NCBI GenBank assembly: GCA_951406725.2
Contig: OX597841.1
Location: 20,522,001-20,586,000, forward strand
Direction: 5' to 3'
Origin: Octopus vulgaris
Taxonomy: Eukaryota
Length of the DNA stretch: 64,000 nucleotides
Position 1 is the stretch's first letter. Every line of letters begins with the position of its first letter. Below the pieces are notes generated by a model that was given only the letters and a program-made list of their open reading frames with translations, did not search any database and was not told the DNA's origin. The translations under genes and the position numbers were made by a program. This document shows, piece by piece, positions 54,791 to 64,000 of the stretch.

Positions 54791-55979
54791 GTGTAAATAT
54801 TTTAACAAAATGATGGTGCCTTTTTTTAATTATAATGTTACTTTGCAAATTAATATCAAATAATTTTTAATATTCAAATGTCACCCTCAGCTGCAATATT
54901 TTAAGTAAAAATTTTCTTGTTCTGTACTTTACCAGATTTAATAAGTTGTCCTGAACTTTTCCAAGTGTAAAAACTTGTCCTGTAATTTTCCAGGTTTATA
55001 ATCTTAAGAATATTATTTCTATTACTCACATTTTTCCATGTAATCCATGTATTTTCCAGGTTATGCTACTATGCTAAATAATAATATGTCAATTAGTGGT
55101 GTCATTGATAATTTTTTTAAAGTCCCCTAAAACTATATTCATAAAAAAGTACTGAGCTATATCATCATCCTCAAATTTGAGAAGCAAACATAACTTTTTC
55201 TCTTAAAACTTGATTGCATGAGATTGAATTCCGCGAATTGAACTCTATCATTTAAGCTTAATTAAAATATAGTTTGTTTTTAATATAAAAAAGTTAATTA
55301 TACTTAAATCCAATTTTTTGCCTTATATATTTTTTCATTTTTGATACAAATTTTTGTTGCAGGGGACCAAAACTATGAAATTCTTCATGCTTTCTTCTGT
55401 CATTGAAGTTAAGATAAATATATTTTGCTTTTGAAATTAAAAAAGTTATTAGACTTGACTGGTGATGTTACTTACTCTCCTATAATGTTGTTACAAATTT
55501 TGATGTAAACTTTTTTCTACAGGATCAAATCTCAATTTTTTTTATGCCAAAATGTAGCTAGGGACCAGTCCTCTTCCAAAATGTTAACAGTTTTCAATTA
55601 AGTTAAGAACTGAATTAGCAACAAGCTCTGAAAGCTGCTGCTGTGTGTGAGTAAATTGCGGCCTTAAGAATATTATTCAACTACTACCATAGGTGAATGA
55701 TGTATATGTATTTATTACACACATGTGAGTGAGAACACTTTGAGATATTTTTGGTATCTAACATATGTCAGATACTGTGAGCACTGCTTCTGATTGGTCA
55801 ATCCATGGTGATGACCCGAGGTCACAGTGACAGCGCTGCCTCTGATTGGTCAATCCATGGTGATGACCTGAGGTCACGGTGGCGGCACTACTTTTGTCAT
55901 TCATAAGTTACAACTAAACGTGAAGAATTTAGTTATTGGGTTAATAAAATATGGTCGTTTATTTGTGTGTAATAAATAA

Positions 55980-56123
55980 AATACCAAACTCATTCCCTAT
56001 GGATACCGTATTTATTACAACTCGTGGCTTGTAAACATATCTAACGAGCGAAAGCGAGTTAGATACGTTTACAAGCCACGAGTTGTAATAAATACGGTAT
56101 CTATAGGGAATGAGTTTGGTATT
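55980..56123. mobile_element. Near-perfect hairpin, MITE-like
   Basis: About 65-bp arms around gagcgaaagcga. Confidence 0.75.
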
Positions 56124-56154
56124 CTCTATATATATATGTGCGTGTGTGTGTATT

Positions 56155-56195
<41 letters not shown>

Positions 56196-56197
56196 CA

Positions 56198-56720
56198 GGT
56201 ATATTTGCCATCTCAAAATGGCTAACCACTAAGGGTGGGTGTTACTGTAGCTTGTAGCCCCAGGAGAGCATCTCCTCCAGCTGGCTATAGGCACACTTTC
56301 TGTGCCCTATCTGTATTTTCGAAGGGAGGTCATCCTTCCCTTGTCAACCTAAGTGATACGCACGGACTGCAGTTTCTGGGTATTGACCCGTCATCAGCGT
56401 ATGACAATCACTGGTTTTCAATGCAAATATTTATATCCTTTTTCCAGTAACTTTTCGTCGCTGATCCTGAAAAAGTGTAGACAAGCAATAATAAATCTAT
56501 GAACGTATCACTTAGGTTGACGAGGGAAGGGTGACCTCCCTTTGCAAATACCGTTAGGGCACAGAAAGTGTGCCTAAAGCCAGCTGGAGACGATGCTCTC
56601 CTGGGGCTACAAGCTACAGTAACACCCACCCTTAGTGGTTAGCCATTTTGAGATGGCAAATATACCTCACATTGTCGTGCAGTTACTGTTTATACCTCGT
56701 TCAGAGATTTATTATTGCTT
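56198..56720 (-). mobile_element. Retrozyme-like element, reconstructed monomer ~336 nt, with inverted arm
   Basis: 56198-56360 inverted to 56503-56667; 56483-56504 inverted to 56698-56719 closes the permuted unit; one HHR. Confidence 0.8.
56359..56403 (-). ncRNA. Minimal type I hammerhead ribozyme
   Basis: catacg CTGATGA cgggtcaataccca GAAAC tgca GTC cgtgcg; stem III ACTGCAGT. Confidence 0.87.
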
Positions 56721-56774
56721 ATATATGTATATATATATATGTATATAATTAGGAAGTTAATTGTTATGGTTGGT

Positions 56775-57233
56775 CATAGAGTGACCATTGGGTTTGCACC
56801 TATAGGCATTTAGCAGTATAGGGGACTTGTCAGGCTCAAATGGCCAAAGGCACATAACCTCTCTACAACTGGAGTTATGTGCCTTCAGTCATTTAAGTCT
56901 GACGAGACACCTGTACTGCTAAGTGCTTTATAGATATGAAACCAGCAGTCAGACACCTGTACTGCTAAGTGCTTTATAGATATGAAACCAGCAGTCAGAC
57001 ACCTGTACTGCTAAGTGCTTTATAGATATGAAACCAGCAGTCAGACACCTGTACTGCTAAGTGCTTTATAGATATGAAACCAGCAGTCGGACACCTGTAC
57101 TGCTAAGTGCTTTATAGATATGAAACCAGCAGTCAGACACCTGTACTGCTAAGTGCTTTATAGATATGAAACCAGCAGTCGGACACCTGTACTGCTAAGT
57201 GCCTATAGGTGCAAACCCAATGGTCACTCTATG
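56775..57233. mobile_element. Fold-back MITE with a 46-bp tandem expansion
   Basis: TIR catagagtgaccattgggtttgcacctataggc; units start at 56906, 56952, 56998, 57044, 57090, 57136 and 57182. Confidence 0.85.
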
Positions 57234-58742
57234 CTTCTTTAGAATGTGTTTCTTTTTGGATATATGAACTACTGACTCTGTGTGTGTGTGTGTGTGTGTG
57301 TATTCAACCATGAAAATCCTGTGGACATTATGGATAAGGCAACATCCAGTTGTCCATGTGTGAACACTGGTCTCGGTTGTGTTCATAAAGTAATCTTCTC
57401 AAATGTTTGCCCTGAATGAAGAAAGAGTGACTCTGCAAATAAACTTTTATTCCAAGTTTATAATAATATTTTATTACCTTTTTGCACTTATATTAAGAAA
57501 TGTAAAGGGGAATCTATTAAATTTCATTCACTTTTAAAAAAGGTAAAATCGGACAGAACTTATGGGATGACCTGATATATGGTGATAAGGATACAGGAAG
57601 AGAAGAAAAGGGAGAAGAGACAACAGCAGAAAGGCAGAGAGAGAGAGAGAGCATGAAGAAGAAATACAACCCATTTGGTCAATAATTTAGAATAAGAAGG
57701 AAGAAGAGAAAACGATTAATAAAGGGGAGATGAATCAAGTGTAAAGATAAAAGGGAAAAAAATGTGAAAGAGAAACCGGGTGAGAAACTCTGTACACAGT
57801 CAGAGACATAGGGAAGGAGAAGGCCAATGCGTGAGAAGCCATGAAACCTTTTCACACTCGCACATAGACGCACGCAGTAACTCTTTTTTTATTTCACCCT
57901 TTTTCTCCCTATCACATATATATTCTGCCAAGTACGAACACATGCGCACGTACATCCCTATACACACTCAAAGACCGTAAACACGCGTCTGCTCATACGC
58001 AACAAAAGAGATAAACACACAATACAAGGTTCACAAAGGCAACATGTGCAAAAGATTGGAATCTCTTCGTAGTTGTTTGATCAGAATAGCAATTATCTTA
58101 TTCTATGATCTTGAAAGCGACATTCGATAACGATTTAATATCGTTGCGGCTTGAAGGTTGTTGGTCGATCTGTGGTAGTGACTGGTTGAACTGATGAATG
58201 AAAACAGGTTTCTTGGACTGTGTTTAGAACTAACTGAACAACACCTGCGAACATTTAACAGAAGATTTTATTATCGTACTTAAAGACAAACTGTTACAAA
58301 TAACAGCAATAATTACATACTGAGAGAGATACTGCTTGGAGTCTACAGCAAGCTGCTATTGCATACGGCAACATGTACTTTGCCCAACATAATGTATAAT
58401 ATTCGTGGTGACAGAGGTTCCAGTCATCGGCGAAGGTAAAGAATACGCACACCCGGTGTTTAGGGTTACGGTTAGGGTTTTTGTTACGCAAAAAAGCAGG
58501 TGGTGTGCTTATTTTTTACCTCTGCCCCATCTATCTTAGCTACTTCTTGGGTCGATTTGTTGGTAAAAATGTGTGCTAAACAGTTTTTCTAAGGAACTGG
58601 AAGTCAAATCCTATTTCTGTTCACTCCCAACCGGTAAAAAGAACTTTCACCTAATTAAATTACTTAAATTATTTTGTCAGCATATTCTTCATTTCCTTTT
58701 TTATATATCACAACTCATGTTCCACATCTCCTTTTTTAAATA

Positions 58743-58774
<32 letters not shown>

Positions 58775-58808
58775 CTATTTTATTAAAGCTCCACGAACTG
58801 TCAGTCAG

Positions 58809-58857
58809 AGAGTTGTGATAATGCGCAATTGCCTGATGAACGATCGCATGAAACTCT
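58809..58857 (+). ncRNA. Hammerhead-like motif (type III fold possible)
   Basis: aga GTT gtgat...attgc CTGATGA acgatcgcat GAAAC tct; weak stem II. Confidence 0.45.
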
Positions 58858-59136
58858 AACTAAAAGTTTGTGAAGTTTTTCTGAGCTTTAATAAAGTATT
58901 ATTTTACTCTGCATTTGGTATTCAGGTAGCATCTTTGCCACTTTGTTTTGCATGCACACACTCACACACACACACACACCTATATGAGACAAGCCACTTG
59001 AAGTTTTTCTCTCTCATATCCACTCACTTGCCCAAAGCATCAAGCAGAGAGATTGGATTCAAGACCACATGATTCAGAAGCAAGTTTCTCACGACACTGC
59101 AATGCTAGTGTCTGGGTGCATGTGTATCTATATTGT

Positions 59137-59301
59137 TGTGGCGAAAGTCATTGACACCCCTGGCGAATTGGAAGAATGGACTAGCCAAACTCTTATAAAG
59201 AGTAACGTATTGGTTGAGACAGGGGTCGGTAGGAGTCGTTGAGAGGGCGTTCAAGAGTCCCACGAAGTACGATGTATGAACACGTTGATTTTACCGCTAC
59301 A
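59137..59301. mobile_element. Probable solo LTR
   Basis: TG...CA ends (tgtggcg / cgctaca) with 4-bp flanking duplication ttgt. Confidence 0.55.
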
Positions 59302-59329
59302 TTGTTAAATTATATATCCAGGATATAAA

Positions 59330-60700
59330 AGTGGTGATGAGATATTCGAAGCTTTTTATTATCAAGAATTTTCAGAAGTTCCCCGTTCAATACTTATATA
59401 AAATGTTTAAATTTAGTTAAAAAATATGATGAAGATTTCATCACCTATGCTACGATTGTTAACAGAGAGTGTGAAAATTTCAAATTAAATGAATTAGGGT
59501 GGGGGCAATAAAAAAATATGCCTTTGCCAACAAACATTACAATGTAGCAAGCATTTTGGGAGCTTGCAAATTACTACCAGGTATGCATACCGAATATGCA
59601 CGATTTAAGAGAACCCCTGAATAACTTGTTAAAAAAAGACGTTAAGTAGAACTGGTCAGTCAAATGCCAAAAAGTATTTGAAGAGATTAAAAATGTCTTA
59701 ACTTCGAAATTGACGTTATCATATTTTGGCCTGACTTTAGAAATAGTAGTGGCAACAGATGCTAGTGAAAGTGGTATTGGAGCTGTGGTTTTACACAAAT
59801 GGTAGCCTGAAAGCAGCAGCTCCTGTTTCGTGTTCATTATTGCCGGCTGAGAAAAGTTACAGTCAAATAGAAAAAGAGGCATTAAATTTATATATGGAAG
59901 AGGGTTCTGTCTGCAGACAGACCACCACCCATTATTGTCGTCGATCTATGGATAAAAAAAGGGTATCCTCACACATACAACCAACAGATTGTAGTGCTGG
60001 GGAACAATCCTACTGAATTACAATATCAAAATGGAATATTTGCCATCGAAAATATTGGGACATGCAGATGATTTGACAAGTTTAATACCAAAATACAGTG
60101 AACCCCTAGAAGACGCAGCGATAGTGGCGTTAAAAGCCTAAAATGAAATAAAAATATTGTGCATAAATTGCCTGTGACACTGGAGAAAATAAAAATTAAG
60201 GCAGAGACGGATGAGTTTATCATAAAAATGAAAAATATAGCGAGATCAGAAGCAAATAAAAAATACGTGTAGCTCGACGTAACAAAGTCTCAAATTTGTG
60301 TTCGATATGTGATAATGTGCTTATGTATGCACAGAGGGTCATAATGTCTACCTCACTACAAGGTCGGATGTTAAAGGAATTCCACACTGGACATCCAGGA
60401 ATTTCTAGAATGAAGTCACTTATGAGGAGTTATGTTTACTGGCCAAAAATGGATTTGGATATTGAGAAGTTGGTAAATCCTGCAGAGATTGAGCTCTTAC
60501 AGAGAAATCAGCACCAATAAAATTTCAACCTTGGCCCAAGACCAATATTCCAAGGTCCAGACTACACATAGACTTCACAGGACCGTTAAACCGATCGTGT
60601 TATCTAATAGTGGCAAATAACTTTACTAAATCGCCAAAAATGTGTAAATGTAGAAAACCAACATCCACAGTAAAAGTGAAATTTCTACACAAACTTTTTC
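59330..60700 (+). pseudogene. Decayed Gypsy pol (RT tail, RNase H, integrase)
   Basis: PLNNLLKKD, VATDASESGIGAV, YSQIEKEAL, TDH, HTGHPGISRMKSLMRSYVYWP, RLHIDFTGP. Confidence 0.9.
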
Positions 60701-61726
60701 TAGGTATGGTGTTAAGGTTAGTATTTGGTGTTAGGGTTACGGCTAAGCTTAGTATTTGGCAGGTATGGTGTTATTGTAAATATTTACCAAATTCTTATCC
60801 AGTCATAATTTTGTTCATCAGTAACCAACCTTTGTGTGAATGGGACAGGACTAGCCAGAAACTTTGTTTTACAAAAGTACTTCTTACATAACTTGCTGTC
60901 AATTCATTGGATTAATCCCAACAAAATACTTCTTCCGAAGTAATAAAAACGTTTTAGAAAAATTTGAGGGGAAATGTTTTCCGAAGCTGCGGGGAAAGTG
61001 TTTCGGAAAATTCACACGATCCGATTTTTTCCCTCGTAACTTTCAGGAAAAAGGATATCTTTTAATGAATTTTTGCAGAAACATCTTTGAAATATTTGAA
61101 AATGGGGGTGGATAGTGAAATTTCCGAGGGTTTCACCCCACCCCACCCCTGAACCCAAAAAAGGGTTTTGTAGCATATTAGGAGGTCACCGGAATTCAGT
61201 CAATGAAAAAAATTTCCAATGATTCCTGGATATGGGGGGGGTCCGAATCCCCCCACCACACACACAACAAAAATAAAGGGGTCAGAGTACTTGATTCCAT
61301 GCAAAAAATCTGAGTTTTCTATTTTTTCTTAGTGAAAATCGTGCAGAGGGTGAAATTTCTGAGGCTTCCACCTCACCCCACCCCATTTTCCGGACTCTAA
61401 AAAGGGTTTTGTAGCATACTAGGAAGTCACTGAAATTCACTCAATGAAAAAAAAAATTTCCAATGATTCTGGGTGTGGGGGGGCTCTTTTTCTGAACAAA
61501 AATAAGGAGTTTGTAGTATATTAGGAGGTCAGGGTACTTGATTCCACGCAAAAAATCTGAGATTTTTTTTTTCTTAGTGAAAATCGTGCAGGTGAAAGGA
61601 TCAAAATTTACCCTTTCATCTTGGTAATTATTTGATGGCAACGATTCGAGAGGAAGGTATAACTTGGCTGCCTCTATAAAGAACTTGTGCAACAGACTTT
61701 CTTCAGGTTGAGAAATTATAAATCAA

Positions 61727-62275
61727 AATTAGAAATATTGAATTTCTAAATGTCTCAGAGCGATATAGTGGTCGTATACTGTCAACTCAATGTGACAGTC
61801 CCGTAAAGGAATTATACTACCGCCATTTAGCCCTGGGAAACATCGACGTTTCCTGTTGGCTTTGACACATTTTCTGTGTCCTTATATTTGCAAAGGGGAG
61901 ACAATCACCCTCGCCAGCTGGGACTAAGCACCTGAAGACATATGTTTCTGAGTCTATTGCTCGTCGTCAGTTCAGGGTTGTCAGTCTCGCTCGCTGAGAT
62001 GACTGCAACCTCTTCGCAAATATATCATATTTTCAGTAAAATGTATTTACTGATCACCGAAATTAGAAATATTGAATTTCTAAATGTCTCAGAAACATAT
62101 GTCTTCAGGTGCTTAGTCCCAGCTGGCGAGGGTGATTGTCTCCCCTTTGCAAATATAAGGACACAGAAAATGTGTCAAAGCCAACAGGAGACATCGATGT
62201 TTCCCAGGGCTAAATGGCAGTGGTGTGATTCCCTTACGGGACTGTCACATTGAGTTGACAGTATACGACCACTAT
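61727..62275 (-). mobile_element. Retrozyme-like element, 334-nt monomer plus inverted arm, 14-bp TSD
   Basis: Direct repeat 61729/62063; inverted arm 62089-62275; TSD aaattataaatcaa at 61713-61726 and 62276-62289. Confidence 0.87.
61931..61976 (-). ncRNA. Minimal type I hammerhead ribozyme
   Basis: cctgaa CTGACGA cgagcaatagactca GAAAC atat GTC ttcagg; 6-bp stem I; stem III ACATATGT. Confidence 0.9.
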
Positions 62276-64000
62276 AAATTATAAATCAATATCTTGCAAG
62301 ATATTGTTGCAGATATTTTGATTGAATTCCTGGCTTTTGGATTGATTCTTTTATGTCTCTCCAAAGTCTTTCAATGTTTCTATGTGTGCTATCTTCAAAA
62401 TTGTTAGAGCAAGGTATTTCCCCATTATTGTTTCCATGTGGGCATATCACTATGTTTGGTAATACTCCATATGAATGAAGGAACTCAACTGACTTTTGAT
62501 CATTACAGTGAAAAGTCCTGATGCATTCATAGTAATCAAAATTACAATTTTCAAAAGTATTGAAATTCTCCATTCTCAAGCATTAGTTTCCAAATGTGAT
62601 GATACCCAAAATGAAATGAAAGATACATTTCAAGTAAACCTCTCCATCGCCTTTTTCAACGACATAGATTATAATGATAAATAAAAAAACAAACCGATAG
62701 TGTAAATTTTCCAACAATCTTCTCCCCACCCTTTCATAAAACATTTTCCCCCCACCCTTTCATAAAACATTTTCCCCACAAATTTCTTTATAATTGTAAT
62801 CTATGCTGTTTAAGGTGTTTCTCTAAAATTTCATTGCAGTGTCGCCAATTTAGCCTATTTTATGCTAGATCCAGCATTTTTCTCAGCATTTAGCAGAACA
62901 TTTTTGAATCTAGCATTTAGCAGGAAAAATAGCAGCTTTTACATTTTATTTAGCAATTTTTTTCTGATCAGGACATTTCCACAATAGTTACCCTTTTTTT
63001 CTTCTTTTTCCTCCTTTGCTACTTTTGTTAACGTATCTTACACCCAAATTTGAGCACTATTGGCTATTGTTGAATTTTTCTTTCACTTCCATGAAACTTC
63101 AAATGAATGTTTATCAAAAGGAAGTTTGTGAAGTTATGAACTTTTCCAGCCTCCCCTCCCACTGCTTCGATTCAGAGTGGTTCTGGTGGGGTGGGGGGAA
63201 GATAAATCATGTCAGTAACTGAACTCCCTACACAATAATGTAAATATGTTGCAAAGAATGAAAGCATGGAAATTTGTCCTAACACCACTTTATTCTGTAG
63301 TGATGAGTTTTTATCAGGACGGGTTGACTGATTTACTTTCAGTTTGACCGTTTTAAAACAGGCCTGTGTTTTTTCATGCTTGTTTTGGATCATATATCTT
63401 GTGTAGAAGTATGGGGGTGGCGGGGCCTTGCCCTTTATATTTCTACTTACTTTTTTTTCAAGTATTGTAGTTATATTTGTGGTTTTACCAATAGATATTA
63501 AATGTAAGATTGGAAGCAGAATATGATATTCCCAGGTTTATATCAGAACACAGTTTTAAGATTTCTGCAGATTTTACTTTTCCATTTCTAAGTTGGCCAC
63601 CCTGCATCCTGAATCAGTATTCTTCACCTCAAGAATTTGTTAGCAGCAAACATAAGAATTGTTGATGACGAATGAAAGAATTGTTAGCAGCAAACTGATA
63701 AGTTGTGTTTTCAGTTTTATATTTTTATTAATCATTCAATTTATTTTCTTGCTTCCCACTACATTATAATGAGAAAAGGAAAATGTTGTACTAGCAAAAA
63801 TTCCGAAAGGAATGGCTTAAGATGCCAGTGTTTACTAAGTGATTGTGTGAAGTACCGAGTGACCAATCTAAAGCACATTGCAGATATTGTAGATGTAATA
63901 TGTTGGCAAAATATTCTCTTTTAGTAAACCACTGTGAAGCATAGAAACAACTCCACAGCAAATGATTCCTCTTACCAATTTTATTAAAACCAAAAATGAT

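Larger units (their letters stand above)
61623..62992 (-). mobile_element. Merlin (ISXO2/IS1016-like) transposon, deleted and interrupted
   Basis: THRNIERLWRDIK...YLQQYLARY, continuing beyond the insertion as FIISQPEESLLHKFFIEAAKLYLP; short candidate TIRs ggtaa(t/c)tatt; no TSD found, so boundaries are tentative. Confidence 0.65.

Noticed and set aside
56899-56955. CTGACGA...GAAAC cagca GTC at the start of the 46-bp array
   Set aside because: Stem I and stem II do not pair in the required register; likely coincidence.
56906-57202. 46-bp repeats as a CRISPR array
   Set aside because: No unique spacers, no cas genes, eukaryotic context.
58460-58478. TTAGGG motifs (also ~60732) as telomeric array
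   Set aside because: Only one or two degenerate units.

Overview
AT-rich, microsatellite-saturated eukaryotic DNA. The tRNA-derived SINEs, RTE LINE tails ending in (GAT)n and kilobase (TA)n runs point to a coleoid cephalopod, probably Octopus (inference). No intact host gene is visible, and most long ORFs in the track are microsatellite artefacts. The window is a transposon mosaic: RTE, CR1 and L1/Tx1 LINEs, mariner, Tc1, hAT, Merlin, Helitron-like and Gypsy remnants, and Penelope-like elements (PLEs) with GIY-YIG endonuclease. The main signal not shown by the ORF track is about 20 hammerhead ribozyme (HHR) motifs, mostly type I, many with a self-complementary stem III. They lie in PLE 3' regions and in small non-coding elements that sit as divergent fold-backs in (TA)n. 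One family has a monomer of about 334-351 nt, occurs in circularly permuted more-than-unit-length copies and carries a covarying multi-hairpin domain. One copy has a 14-bp target-site duplication inside a Merlin transposase. This fits a retrozyme-like, probably circular-RNA system mobilised by PLEs. All folds were read by eye and need computational and biochemical confirmation.
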